The notes: generated from the letters alone by a model not told the origin. A stretch of 64,000 nt of DNA from Spartobacteria bacterium UBA5019 (GCA_002396485.1 DGXZ01000030.1:359-64358); one strand, 5' to 3'; positions 47,096 through 56,661 are shown, counted from the stretch's first letter. Made by a program: numbers and translations.

Positions 47096-47459
47096 TCGGG
47101 TAAGCCAGCGTTTTCCTAAAACCGCCCGGCTCCGTCAGACCAGGGATTTTATAAGGGTTCGCGAGCACGGGAAATCATCCCAATCCCGCCTCGTTCGGAT
47201 CGGTCTCCTCCGCACTGGGGGAGACGCCCCTGCCAAAGTCGGCATCATCACCTCACGCCGCGTCGGCTGTGCTGTCATACGAAACAAAGTGCGCCGTCGC
47301 CTTCGGGAAATTCTCAAGTCCTGCATCACTCAAATCCCAGCCGGGTTTCTTGTGGTGATCGTTGCCAAGTCGGCTGCTGCCGAGGCCCCCTTCGAACAAT
47401 TAAAAGCGGAATGGTTGCTTCTTGCCCGCCGACTTTCTATTTTGCCGCCTCTCGAATGA
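47031..47459 (+). CDS. rnpA: Ribonuclease P protein component
   Basis: [17 protein letters not shown] and [21 protein letters not shown] (RNR motif). The only in-frame start codons upstream of the conserved core are ATG 47031 and GTG 47058, and both lie inside rpmH. Confidence 0.8.
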   Translation: MAANACFQKVSRSTSQDTPKPDRVSQRFPKTARLRQTRDFIRVREHGKSSQSRLVRIGLLRTGGDAPAKVGIITSRRVGCAVIRNKVRRRLREILKSCITQIPAGFLVVIVAKSAAAEAPFEQLKAEWLLLARRLSILPPLE

Positions 47460-47713
47460 AACACCTGCTCATCGCTCTGATCCGCTGCTACCAGCTTGTG
47501 GTCTCTCCGTTTTTGCAGGTGATCTGCGGTCCGGGCTGCGGTTGCCGTTTCGAGCCGACCTGCTCCCGGTATTTCATTTCAGCCCTCCAGAATCACGGAA
47601 CCCTCCGTGGCACGCTCCTCGGCCTTCGCCGGATCGGGCGTTGCCACCCCTGGGGCGGTTGCGGTTATGACCCCGTGCCGCCAGCATTCAAACCTCTCTC
47701 ACCTATAAATTAA
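47456..47713 (+). CDS. yidD: Membrane protein insertion efficiency factor YidD
   Basis: [19 protein letters not shown]...[10 protein letters not shown]...[13 protein letters not shown]. Its ATG overlaps the rnpA TGA. Confidence 0.9.
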   Translation: MKHLLIALIRCYQLVVSPFLQVICGPGCGCRFEPTCSRYFISALQNHGTLRGTLLGLRRIGRCHPWGGCGYDPVPPAFKPLSPIN

Positions 47714-49455
47714 TGGACCGTAAATCCTGGATCGCCATCATTCTCTCAGTCACCGGACTCTTCGCCTGGCAGTGGTATATCAGTAAATACTACACGCCAG
47801 AGCCCCTGCCCGCCGGGGCTTCTGCGGCTCCGACCGCCACTCCATCCGCTGCAGTTGCTGCGACGCCCGCAGCGACTCCAGTCACAACTACCGAGCCGCC
47901 TCCCTCCATGTCGGCGCGCGCTGAGAGCCTCAGCACGAACAGCACGGAATTTGTTTTCAACAACGACGCCGGCGGCATCGAGCAGGTCATTCTGCGCATG
48001 CACCTCGGAGAGAATCATGAAAATGTCGCTTTGAACCGCAGCCGCACGATGCCCATCGGTGCTTTCGGTTTCAACCCCAGCGAGGTGCTGGGCGGATTTG
48101 AAATGACCGCCGACCGCGCCAAGGGCGAGGTCTTTTTTAAACGCACACAACCCGATGGACTCGAGATCAGCAAGCGCTTCACGCTTCCGCCGGGCGACGG
48201 CACAAAATCCCCTTACACGGTGAATCTCGAGGTCACCTTCACCAACCCCGGCGCTGCGGCCATTCAAGTCCCTGATTTCTTCATCTCCGCCGGCGGGGCC
48301 GCTCCCATCCACATCCACGACCTCCCCATGTATACCCGCTTCGATTGGGGGCATGAGGCCAAAATGTCGAACATCGATGTGAATTGGTTTTCGGCCAGTT
48401 CGGTTCCTTTGATTGGAATTCCTATCCACGGCGAGCGTCCGCTCTACCTCGAGAGCAATCCCGACATCCGCTGGGCGGCTGTTGCCAGCCAGTATTTCTG
48501 CACCATCGTGACTCCGCAAAGTGGCTCGCTCACGAAATCGGTTTGGGCGAAGCGCTTCGCTATTGCGAAGCTCAATGCCGCACCGGTTTTCGGTGTTCAA
48601 GGCGGACTCATCCAAGGTGGTCTCTCGCTCGCTCCCGGCACGCGCGAGACACGCACCTTCCAAATTTACTCCGGCCCCAAGGAAATTCCGCGCCTGCGCG
48701 AGCTTGGCCCCACACAGGATCAGGTCATGAGCTTTGGCATGTTCGGCTTCGTGAGCGAATTCCTGCTCTGGTCGATGAATCACCTCTACGCTCTGCTCGG
48801 CAACTACGCCGCTGCCATCATTGTCCTCACCCTGCTGATCAAAACCATCCTCTGGCCCGTTCAAAACAAGGCGACGAACGAGATGCGCAAGATGGCACTC
48901 CTCTCGCCAAAGATGACCGAGATGCGGGACAAATTCAAAGACGACCCGCAGAAGCTCAACGAGGAAACCATGAAGCTTTACAAGGAGTATGGCGTGAATC
49001 CCTTCAGCGGTTGCCTGCCCATGCTGATTCAGATTCCGATCTTCTTCGGCTTCTACGCCATGCTCGGCACGGCCATCGAGCTTCGCAATAGCTCCTTCTT
49101 CTGGGTAGTGGACTTGTCCCAGCCAGACACCATCGCCCACGTCATGGGCTTTCCGATCAATATCCTTCCCATCGTCATGGCCGGCACGATGGTGTGGCAG
49201 ATGATCATCACACCGAAAACCGGCGATGCCATGCAGCAGCGCATTTTCTACTTCATGCCGATCATTTTCTTGGTCTTCTGCTACAACTATGCCAGCGGAC
49301 TTGCCCTTTATTGGACAACCCAGAATCTTTTCTCTATTGTGCAGCTCTACCTCACGCGGAACAAACCACTTCCCACGCTTGAGAAAAAAAGCGTGGTCGC
49401 CAAGCGGACCGCAGCCGAGGCCAAGAAAAAAAGTAAAAATCGCCATAGCCCATGA
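47713..49455 (+). CDS. yidC: Membrane protein insertase YidC
   Basis: 580 aa: N-terminal TM helix, large periplasmic domain, then the conserved core (PKMTEMRDKFKDDPQKLNEETMKLYKEYGVNPFSGCLPMLIQIPIFF). Confidence 0.92.
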   Translation: MDRKSWIAIILSVTGLFAWQWYISKYYTPEPLPAGASAAPTATPSAAVAATPAATPVTTTEPPPSMSARAESLSTNSTEFVFNNDAGGIEQVILRMHLGENHENVALNRSRTMPIGAFGFNPSEVLGGFEMTADRAKGEVFFKRTQPDGLEISKRFTLPPGDGTKSPYTVNLEVTFTNPGAAAIQVPDFFISAGGAAPIHIHDLPMYTRFDWGHEAKMSNIDVNWFSASSVPLIGIPIHGERPLYLESNPDIRWAAVASQYFCTIVTPQSGSLTKSVWAKRFAIAKLNAAPVFGVQGGLIQGGLSLAPGTRETRTFQIYSGPKEIPRLRELGPTQDQVMSFGMFGFVSEFLLWSMNHLYALLGNYAAAIIVLTLLIKTILWPVQNKATNEMRKMALLSPKMTEMRDKFKDDPQKLNEETMKLYKEYGVNPFSGCLPMLIQIPIFFGFYAMLGTAIELRNSSFFWVVDLSQPDTIAHVMGFPINILPIVMAGTMVWQMIITPKTGDAMQQRIFYFMPIIFLVFCYNYASGLALYWTTQNLFSIVQLYLTRNKPLPTLEKKSVVAKRTAAEAKKKSKNRHSP

Positions 49456-49922
49456 ATGCGACACCCGTTGAGATTCTTGACACCCTCCTTGGCTACCTCG
49501 GCTTTGTCGCCGAGGTCAAGGAAGAGCAAAACGACGGCAATACCACGCTTCAGATCCTCACCAACGAAACCGACCGGCTCATAGGCCGCCGCGAAGAGGT
49601 GATGGATGACCTCCAGTATCTCGTCAATCGAATCCTCGCTTCGCAAAATCCCCCCAGCGCCAGGATCATTGTAGATGTCCAACACTACCGCAGCATGCGC
49701 GATGACGCCCTTGTTGCCAAAGTGCGCCAACTTGGCAGCGCCGTTCGCGCCAGCGGACGCCCGATGCAGACCGCGCCGCTCAATTCCTATGACCGCCGCA
49801 TCGTGCACAACGCCTTCAAAGACGACCCGGAACTCGTCACATGGAGCCCGCCCGATGACGCCCGCGTGAAACGCATCACCATCCGCAAACGCCCTGTCCG
49901 CCGCTCCGAGGCGCCCGCTTGA
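49452..49922 (+). CDS. jag: Jag-like KH/R3H RNA-binding protein
   Basis: Follows yidC with an ATGA overlap. R3H motif DRRIVHNAFKD. Confidence 0.8.
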   Translation: MNATPVEILDTLLGYLGFVAEVKEEQNDGNTTLQILTNETDRLIGRREEVMDDLQYLVNRILASQNPPSARIIVDVQHYRSMRDDALVAKVRQLGSAVRASGRPMQTAPLNSYDRRIVHNAFKDDPELVTWSPPDDARVKRITIRKRPVRRSEAPA

Positions 49923-49936
49923 GCGCTCCACCATCC

Positions 49937-50203
49937 ATGTCGTCCGAACCCCGCCTCAGCGAACTCAAAAGCCGCGCCCAACTTCTCAAACCCGTCCTCC
50001 GGCTCGGCAAAGCCGGAGCAACCCCCGAGTTCCTCACCGCCCTCGAAGAACAGCTCAACCTGCACCAAATTCTGAAAATCCGCTTCGAAGGCTTCAAAGA
50101 GGAACGCAAAACCCTCTCCAAAGAACTCGCGGCCAAAACAAATTCCCTCCTTGTCCAGCAGGTCGGCCACACAGCCGTCTACTATCGCCGGGCCAGCGCG
50201 TAG
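49937..50203 (+). CDS. yhbY: YhbY-like CRM-domain RNA-binding protein
   Basis: LKSRAQLLKPVLRLGKAGATPEFLTALEEQL..HQILKIRF fits the YhbY/CRS1 pattern. ATG 49937 is preferred over TTG 49919. Confidence 0.7.
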   Translation: MSSEPRLSELKSRAQLLKPVLRLGKAGATPEFLTALEEQLNLHQILKIRFEGFKEERKTLSKELAAKTNSLLVQQVGHTAVYYRRASA

Positions 50204-50325
50204 ACACAAAGTAGCCGTCAAAGCGCCTCTGTGGGAGATCGTTTGCACCACCTCCCAAAACAGGAGCCGATGAGGACCCACTCAGCGGTCTTCACAAAGG
50301 CGGGGCCATCTGTTTGACTGCATTT

Positions 50326-50916
50326 ATGCTACGTGAAGCAACCTTCCACCGCACGACTTCGGAAACCTCGATTCAACTGACCGTCAAGCTCGATGGTTCG
50401 GGCGCATCCTGCATTTCCACTGGGATCGCTTTTTTCGACCACATGCTCACCCTGTTTTCAAAACATGGTCTTATGGATTTGGATGTCACCGCGAAGGGCG
50501 ATATCGAAGTCGATTTTCATCACACGGTGGAGGATACCGGCATCGCGCTGGGGCAGGCGCTCACGCAGGCGCTGGGCGACAAGGCAGGCATACGCCGGTA
50601 TGGGTTTTTCTATGTTCCGATGGATGAAGCCCTCGTCCGCACAGTGGTGGATCTGAGTGGCAGGCCATTCCTGGCCTACAATGCGCCGGAGCGTGTCTCG
50701 GCGATCGGCGGCAATTTCGAGTTCCAGTTGGTCGAAGAATTTCTGCGTGCCCTCTCCGTGCATGCCGGCATGAACTTGCATGTGGACATCTTGGCTGGTC
50801 GCGATGCCCACCACATGGCTGAGGGGGTTTTCAAATCCCTCGCACGTGCTCTGGATCAGGCGACAGCGGTGGATTCCCGCGTTCAAGGCATTCCGAGCAC
50901 GAAGGGTGTCCTGTGA
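50326..50916 (+). CDS. hisB: Imidazoleglycerol-phosphate dehydratase
   Basis: RTTSETSIQLTVKLDG, DFHHTVEDTGIALG, HHMAEGVFKSLARAL. Confidence 0.93.
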   Translation: MLREATFHRTTSETSIQLTVKLDGSGASCISTGIAFFDHMLTLFSKHGLMDLDVTAKGDIEVDFHHTVEDTGIALGQALTQALGDKAGIRRYGFFYVPMDEALVRTVVDLSGRPFLAYNAPERVSAIGGNFEFQLVEEFLRALSVHAGMNLHVDILAGRDAHHMAEGVFKSLARALDQATAVDSRVQGIPSTKGVL

Positions 50917-51527
50917 GCGGAAAAAAACTCGGCGTCATTGATTATGGCAGCGGCAACCTTCGCAGCGTGTGCAAGGCTCTCGAAGCCGCTGGATCGATGC
51001 CAAGCCTTGTTACCGGGCCCTCAGGTCTGGCTGGCTTGGATGCCATAGTTGTCCCCGGTGTGGGCGCCTTTGCGCATTGTGCGGAGAACCTCCGCGCTAC
51101 CGGGCTTTGGAATCCGGTTCGCGAATGGGCGCTCTCCGGTCGTCCCTACCTCGGCATCTGCCTCGGCTACCAGCTTCTTTTCGAATCCAGCGAGGAGTCC
51201 CCAGGCGTGGAGGGGCTTGGCGTTTTGAAAGGGCGCGTTGTGAGATTTCCCAATGCCGGCCTCAAGGTTCCGCACATGGGCTGGAACACATTGTCGAAAA
51301 CCTCCGGCCCTCTCTACAAAGGCCTCTCCGGCGAGGTGTCGATGTATTTTGTTCATTCGTTTTATCCCGTGCCTGCCGACTCTTCACTGTCGAGCGCGTG
51401 GAGCGACTATGGTGTTTCTTTCGCCGCCGGAGTCTCCTCAGGCGCGCTGCACGCTGTCCAATTCCACCCTGAGAAAAGCCAGTCCGCCGGGCTGGCCCTT
51501 CTTCGTAACTTTCTTTCGACACTATGA
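50913..51527 (+). CDS. hisH: Imidazole glycerol phosphate synthase, glutamine amidotransferase subunit
   Basis: VPGVGAF, GICLGYQLLF (catalytic Cys), VQFHPEKS. Confidence 0.93.
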   Translation: MSGKKLGVIDYGSGNLRSVCKALEAAGSMPSLVTGPSGLAGLDAIVVPGVGAFAHCAENLRATGLWNPVREWALSGRPYLGICLGYQLLFESSEESPGVEGLGVLKGRVVRFPNAGLKVPHMGWNTLSKTSGPLYKGLSGEVSMYFVHSFYPVPADSSLSSAWSDYGVSFAAGVSSGALHAVQFHPEKSQSAGLALLRNFLSTL

Positions 51528-52249
51528 TCCTTCTTCCAGCGATTGACCTCATGGGTGGTGAAGTCGTGCGCCTCAAGCGCGGGCTTGCCACCGAGAAAAC
51601 CGTTTATTCCTCCGACCCTGTGGCGTTCGCCAAAAAGTGGGAGGACTCCGGCGCCGATTGGCTCCATATCGTGGACCTCGACGCGGCTTTCACCGGCGAG
51701 CCGCGAAACCTCGATGCTGTGGCAAAGATCTGCGCCGCTGTGAAAGTGCCCTGTGAACTCGGAGGAGGAATGCGTAGTATGGAAAAAATCCAAGCCGCCT
51801 TCGATGCCGGCGTGAGCCGTGTCATCCTCGGCACTAAGGCTTGCCAATCCCCCGAAACCATCGCGGAAATGTGTTCCCTATTCGGCGGCGAGCGCATCGC
51901 CGTCGGCATTGACGCCCATGGTGGCAATGTCGCCGTGAAAGGATGGACGGAAACCACTGCCACCTCAGCCACCGACCTCGCCCTCGCCGCGCAGGAGGCG
52001 GGGGCTGGAACGATCATTTACACCGACATAGCCACCGACGGCATGCTTGAGGGACCGAATTTCGCCGAACTCGATAAAATGCTCTCCCTGCTGAGCTGCA
52101 ACCTCATCGCCAGCGGCGGAGTTTCCTGCACCGATGACCTGCGCCGCCTGAATACCATGTCGGGCCTCTACGGGGCCATCATCGGCAAGGCCCTGTACGA
52201 CGGTCGCATCATCGGCGACCTGCGTGCCATCCTCTCAAACGCGTCCTGA
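51524..52249 (+). CDS. hisA: Phosphoribosylformimino-5-aminoimidazole carboxamide ribotide isomerase
   Basis: MILLPAIDLMGGEVVRL, HIVDLDAA, ASGGVS. Confidence 0.93.
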   Translation: MILLPAIDLMGGEVVRLKRGLATEKTVYSSDPVAFAKKWEDSGADWLHIVDLDAAFTGEPRNLDAVAKICAAVKVPCELGGGMRSMEKIQAAFDAGVSRVILGTKACQSPETIAEMCSLFGGERIAVGIDAHGGNVAVKGWTETTATSATDLALAAQEAGAGTIIYTDIATDGMLEGPNFAELDKMLSLLSCNLIASGGVSCTDDLRRLNTMSGLYGAIIGKALYDGRIIGDLRAILSNAS

Positions 52250-52265
52250 AAAAACGCTCCTTGAA

Positions 52266-52287
52266 GGACCATCCTCTGGCATGGTCC
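52266..52287 (+). terminator. Hairpin after hisA (possible terminator between convergent genes)
   Basis: GGACCAT-CCTCTGGC-ATGGTCC followed by AAATTT. There is no strong U-tract. Confidence 0.3.
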
Positions 52288-52445
52288 AAATTTCCTCACG
52301 GAAGACGCGGAAGGTTTCAGACAGGTTGCCCTGCAAAACTCACGAACTACCCAGCGTCATCCTCTCTGTGCCTCGGCGCGAGCTCCCTCTGCTTGTAAAC
52401 TCCACGCCGCCCGAGCCTGCGTAGTTCTCCGCACTCAATTAGCTA

Positions 52446-53417
52446 TCACTCGGAGAGGATGTGTTTTGGCCGTTTTTCATCCGCCGGTGCGTCTGTCGCG
52501 GAATCCGGCAGTGGGACGGGACGGTCGGAGAGCGAGGGCGAAGGCGGCTTGGCGGCTTCCGCAGTCGGATCGATCTCTTGGGCTCCGATGACTTGGATCG
52601 TTCCATCCGGGCTTTCGCGGAGGATCGGGCGCTTTACGATTTGGCTGTAGGTTTTGCGTCCTAGAACCTCACCGTTGAGTCCGATGTGAGAGTAAAGGAA
52701 CGCTTTGGGCGCCACATTCTGCAGAATATGAATCTGGTTCTTCTTATCGAGGAGAATCTCTGGCGTGCCGTAGGAGACAAGCCTTCCGAGGCGGTGTGTG
52801 CAGAAAACTGTGCCGCCCTTGGCATTTTCGATGCGGACATAGAGTTGTGTGCTGTTTGGCAGTCGGTGCGTGAGGACTGTGATATTCCGCGTCTCTCCGG
52901 ATCCTGGCATTCCCTCGGGAACTCCGACGGTTTTTTGAAAAATAGGACGCCCATCTGTGATTTCGATATTCAGCGGAGGGGAGTTGAAGTAGCGCTTGAG
53001 CGTTGCGGCGTAAATGGCGGCCCGAATGCGGTAGCCGCCGAATTCCCCAATCGGGAAGAGCGGCGTGAGGTTCACGGTGCGGCTTAACTTTTGACCGGAC
53101 TGCAAAACGAGCGGCTCGTTCGTGTAGCCCAAACTCCGAGGAGCGATGGGACGTCCATCTAACGTCTCGATCTGGAATCCAAACCAGTGGTTGCCATCGG
53201 CATCACTGAGCGGTAGTGGGTTTCCGCTGAGGTTGGTCAGGCTCACGGTTATCAAGATCGGCTCATAGCTGATGTAGAGCGTGCGCTTAAGCTTGATATC
53301 CACCTGCAACTGCGCAGAGGCGACTTGTATGAAGCTGATGAGAGCCAGCGTAACAAGGAAAAGCCGCCCCAAAGAGAAACTGGCATCCATTTGTGAGCTG
53401 ATCATTCTCTGTGTCAT
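52446..53417 (-). CDS. Hypothetical secreted protein, third gene of the degenerate-signalling operon
   Basis: 323 aa. Signal peptide ...ALISFIQVASAQ, a beta-rich body, and a Pro/Ala/Asp-rich tail. It starts 17 nt after the upstream stop. Confidence 0.5.
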   Translation of the reverse strand: MTQRMISSQMDASFSLGRLFLVTLALISFIQVASAQLQVDIKLKRTLYISYEPILITVSLTNLSGNPLPLSDADGNHWFGFQIETLDGRPIAPRSLGYTNEPLVLQSGQKLSRTVNLTPLFPIGEFGGYRIRAAIYAATLKRYFNSPPLNIEITDGRPIFQKTVGVPEGMPGSGETRNITVLTHRLPNSTQLYVRIENAKGGTVFCTHRLGRLVSYGTPEILLDKKNQIHILQNVAPKAFLYSHIGLNGEVLGRKTYSQIVKRPILRESPDGTIQVIGAQEIDPTAEAAKPPSPSLSDRPVPLPDSATDAPADEKRPKHILSE

Positions 53418-53434
53418 CTGCGGTCAATAATCCC

Positions 53435-55654
53435 TTACTTCGCGTCCTGAGCAGTTCGGAAGCCCAAGGCATCGTCACTTTGAAATTCCGTGAGCTTTGT
53501 TCCCCGGCGAAGGATGGTTTTTTCTTCGGATGTCTTCCAGTTGAGGCCCCGATAAACCGGAACCTTCTCGCCGGCGCGTTCGGCATCCTCCGCCCATGTG
53601 TCCGTCCACTCGGAAACATTGCCGGCCATCCCGCTGACTCCGAAACTGCTGATGTCAGTTCTAGGCTCGTCCACTGGACTCCAGCGCTTGAATCCATCGT
53701 TCTGGGCCCCGACTTTGGGATCCGGATTTGGGCTGAAGTCGCTGCCGGTGTTGGCGAGTTTGTTGTTGAAATCATCGCCCCACGGATGGTTGAGGCCTTT
53801 GTTGCCACGGGCGGCGCGTTCCCATTCCTGCTCAGTGGGGAGACGCTGGCCCTTCCACTTGGCGTAGGCATAGGCATCATACCAATCCACTCCGAAAACC
53901 GGCGAGTCGAGGGAAAGCGGAACATCTTGGTAGCGGCCCCATCTTTTGGCCCTGGTGTAGTATCCGGGGTTCGGCGGGTTGATCTCGGTCATGTCTGCCC
54001 AGCCAGCCGGGATGTGGGACTTGCCTGGTGGCTGGGTGGGGTGCGCAACCTGGGCCTCTTTATCGGGATGGCTTTTGAGATCTTTCAAAAACGCCGCGTA
54101 TTCGGAGATGGTGACTTCGTATTTTGAGATATTGAAAGCCGGCACTTTCACGCTTTGGCCTTGAACGGTGATTTCGCCAGCAGGGATCTCGATCATTTTT
54201 CCGAGGTCTTTGACACGGATATCTTTTTTGGTGAAAGCCCCAATAACAAAAAAACAGGTCGCCAGCGTGAGTGTGAGGGTTATGGCGCTGTAGATGATCA
54301 CATTCTTGCGGCTCCTTTTCTTTGAATTCTCAAGCGCCCGTGAGCGGGCGATTGTCTGGGACTCGATTTTATCGCTGTCGGCCGGAGTAGCTTTCGGCAT
54401 GCGGCTTTCGGCAAGCTGGGCTATGGAGGCCCATGTGGTTGTCGCCGGATCCGAGTTTTGAATTTCGGTCAGCGTCGATTGAGCGATGGCGGAAGATTTG
54501 TCGGCTGCCAAGAGGGGTAGCAACAAGGACGAAAGATTTTGAATTTCCTGCTTCTGGTCAATCGCTGTTGGTGCTTCCTTGCAGGCCAGATTCGATAAAC
54601 GCGGCGCACTGCCCGGCTTGAGGATGATATGGCGGGGGAGAAGTGTGACGCGGGCGATGCCTTCCTTGTCGAAGAAATCAAAAACCTCGCCTACCGACTT
54701 TATGATTTGAAGGGCCGTGGAGGTATCGATTTTTCGTCCGTTTTCGATCACGTCCTCAAGGCTTGGGGCTGCAACAGCCTCGTTTGAGTAGAATGGAAGG
54801 CCTTCGTGTTCACCGCTTCCGTAAACTGTTGTGACGAGCGTGTGAGTGACGCCTGCCTTGGCGCGGGCGTCGTCCATGAACTTGGCCGCTTTGGCTGGAT
54901 TAGCCGCTGCATCTGGCTTCAGGACGCGGAGAATCGCCGGGCGGCCGATATTTGTCTGCGTGGCACGGTAGAAGGTTTCGTTCTCCATGTCGCGGATGCG
55001 GGCTTCGATTGCGAATTGGCCGATCGTTTTTCCAACCATTGCATCCGGCGGGAGGTCTGGTTTGAGTTTGAGCGCCGGAGCTTGGGGCGCCCCGGCGGGC
55101 TTCGCCTGGGCTTTTGCGGCAGGTGCAGCACCTTTTGCCATGGGTTTCCCTGCGGGCTTTGGCGCGACAGTGGCGCCTGCTTTCGGTTTGGCGCCGACAG
55201 CTTGCGGCTTGGGGGCAGCGGGGGCTGCAGGTTTTGGAGCTACCGCAACGGGCTTCGATTGGGCTGCGGGTGCGGGTGGCTCGATGGCTACTGGAGATTC
55301 CTCGGCGATTCCCAATTTCGCGAGGGCTTGCTTCAGTGTTTCGGGAGTTATCGGCTGCGGAAGGAAGGGCGATCCTCCAAGGCGCTCCACATAGGGGGTT
55401 ATGTCATGCTGGGAGGTGAATATGGTTTTGAGGGCCGGTAGATGAGGAACCAGGGCATCTCGCAGGGAGAAGCCATCAAGTGGTGCGAAATAGACCTCTG
55501 AGATCAGGAGGTCGCAGCCGCCATTGGCATTGATCCACTCGATCACAGCATCTGAATCGGCTACCAAGCCTGGAGCGGGTTTGCCAAGGGCATCGAGGGC
55601 CAGGGAGAGTTTGGAGGCGGCATCGGAATCGCTGAGTGCTATGAGGGTTTTCAT
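53435..55654 (-). CDS. Multidomain membrane protein: atypical receiver-like domain, Ala/Pro/Lys linker, kinase-like (probably pseudokinase) domain, one TM helix, extracytoplasmic FGE-sulfatase (SUMF1/PvdO-type) domain
   Basis: REC-like N-terminus has Glu at the acceptor position (DLLISEVYFAPLDG) and Gln at the conserved Lys position (FLPQPI). The kinase-like region has AILRVLK but no HRD or DFG. TM helix VIIYSAITLTLTLATCFFVIGAF. FGE-type motifs: VDWYDAYAYAKWKGQRLPTEQEWERAARG, GNVSEWT, GFRTAQD. Confidence 0.75.
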   Translation of the reverse strand: MKTLIALSDSDAASKLSLALDALGKPAPGLVADSDAVIEWINANGGCDLLISEVYFAPLDGFSLRDALVPHLPALKTIFTSQHDITPYVERLGGSPFLPQPITPETLKQALAKLGIAEESPVAIEPPAPAAQSKPVAVAPKPAAPAAPKPQAVGAKPKAGATVAPKPAGKPMAKGAAPAAKAQAKPAGAPQAPALKLKPDLPPDAMVGKTIGQFAIEARIRDMENETFYRATQTNIGRPAILRVLKPDAAANPAKAAKFMDDARAKAGVTHTLVTTVYGSGEHEGLPFYSNEAVAAPSLEDVIENGRKIDTSTALQIIKSVGEVFDFFDKEGIARVTLLPRHIILKPGSAPRLSNLACKEAPTAIDQKQEIQNLSSLLLPLLAADKSSAIAQSTLTEIQNSDPATTTWASIAQLAESRMPKATPADSDKIESQTIARSRALENSKKRSRKNVIIYSAITLTLTLATCFFVIGAFTKKDIRVKDLGKMIEIPAGEITVQGQSVKVPAFNISKYEVTISEYAAFLKDLKSHPDKEAQVAHPTQPPGKSHIPAGWADMTEINPPNPGYYTRAKRWGRYQDVPLSLDSPVFGVDWYDAYAYAKWKGQRLPTEQEWERAARGNKGLNHPWGDDFNNKLANTGSDFSPNPDPKVGAQNDGFKRWSPVDEPRTDISSFGVSGMAGNVSEWTDTWAEDAERAGEKVPVYRGLNWKTSEEKTILRRGTKLTEFQSDDALGFRTAQDAK

Positions 55655-56661
55655 TATGGCTGGCTGGAGAGGTAGAGCGGAAGTGGATGATCAAAGGCGA
55701 GCGACCCCGGGTCGGCACGCGTGTCTTGCAGGTCGTTTTTGTAATAAACGCCTACAACATACCCGGCATAGGTGAAGTCGGATTTCGCAGGCGGTGTGTA
55801 GACGGCGTTCAGCAGCTCCGGTTCGTTGTTGCTCCAATCCACCGGTGGGCTGATCCATTCTGTGAGAACCTCCGAGTTTGTGAGCTGGATTTGCCCGGTC
55901 TGATCGCGTTCATAAAAGAAAACATGAACCGCCATTTGGCGAGGTTCGATGGACTGGTTTGGTCGGGCCTTGATCGAGATGCGCAGGTTTTTTGCTCCCT
56001 TTGGAGCATCGCTCAAGCGCGTATCAATGATCCCCAGGCTCGCGCCGGGCTGGAGTCCAAACTCGTCGCGCATATCTGCTCCGGCTTCGCTGGCGACTAC
56101 CGTGGGAATGGGCGTGCCTTCGGGGAGGCTGAGCGTTTCCATTTTGCGTTTTGTCTGGGCGCGATCCTTGGCGGATAGATTCGGAAGTTCAAGGACCTTA
56201 TTGTAACATTCCGCCGCTGCCGACATATCGCCTTTTTTCTCATGCAGCCGCCCGATGCGAAGCATCACGCCTGGGTCTCCGGGCAGCAGCCTGTCTGCCT
56301 CCTGGATTTTTGCCATGCCTGCATCGAAGTCGCCGATGCGGAATGCCTTGTCGGAATCCTCCACGAGTTGGAGAATTTTTTCCTGGAGGGCCTCATCAAG
56401 CTGTTCGGGCGCCGTGGTCGGGGGTGGTGTGCTCTGGGCGACTGGCTGGGGTGAGGGCAACGTGTTTCCCGTCATCTGGGGGGTGGGCGCTGGCGCTGGT
56501 ATGATTTTTTTTACGATGTTCTTCTGAAGAAGCGGGGCGTAGTGCAAGGCGACGAGGCCGATCTGAACGACCAGAAAGAGGCAAAGCAAACCTGCGGCAA
56601 CGCGAAAAGTCGGTCCGGCGGGCACGCGGGGAATGGGTGATGGGGTGGATGACTGGCTCAT
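55654..56661 (-). CDS. Membrane-anchored TPR protein with C-terminal beta-rich domain, first gene of the operon
   Basis: ATG 56661 (MSQSSTP...), TM helix AAGLLCLFLVVQIGLVAL, Pro-rich linker, and a TPR-like segment (GDFDAGMAKIQEADRLLPGDPGVMLRIGRLHEKKGDMSAAAECYNKVLE). Its stop shares one base with the next ATG (TAATG). Confidence 0.55.
   Translation of the reverse strand: MSQSSTPSPIPRVPAGPTFRVAAGLLCLFLVVQIGLVALHYAPLLQKNIVKKIIPAPAPTPQMTGNTLPSPQPVAQSTPPPTTAPEQLDEALQEKILQLVEDSDKAFRIGDFDAGMAKIQEADRLLPGDPGVMLRIGRLHEKKGDMSAAAECYNKVLELPNLSAKDRAQTKRKMETLSLPEGTPIPTVVASEAGADMRDEFGLQPGASLGIIDTRLSDAPKGAKNLRISIKARPNQSIEPRQMAVHVFFYERDQTGQIQLTNSEVLTEWISPPVDWSNNEPELLNAVYTPPAKSDFTYAGYVVGVYYKNDLQDTRADPGSLAFDHPLPLYLSSQP

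Noticed and set aside
46393-47100. Chromosomal replication origin, because rpmH-rnpA-yidD-yidC-jag usually neighbours dnaA/oriC.
   Set aside because: No dnaA gene is in the window. I saw no TTATCCACA-type box cluster or AT-rich unwinding element near rpmH, and ridA occupies the upstream position.
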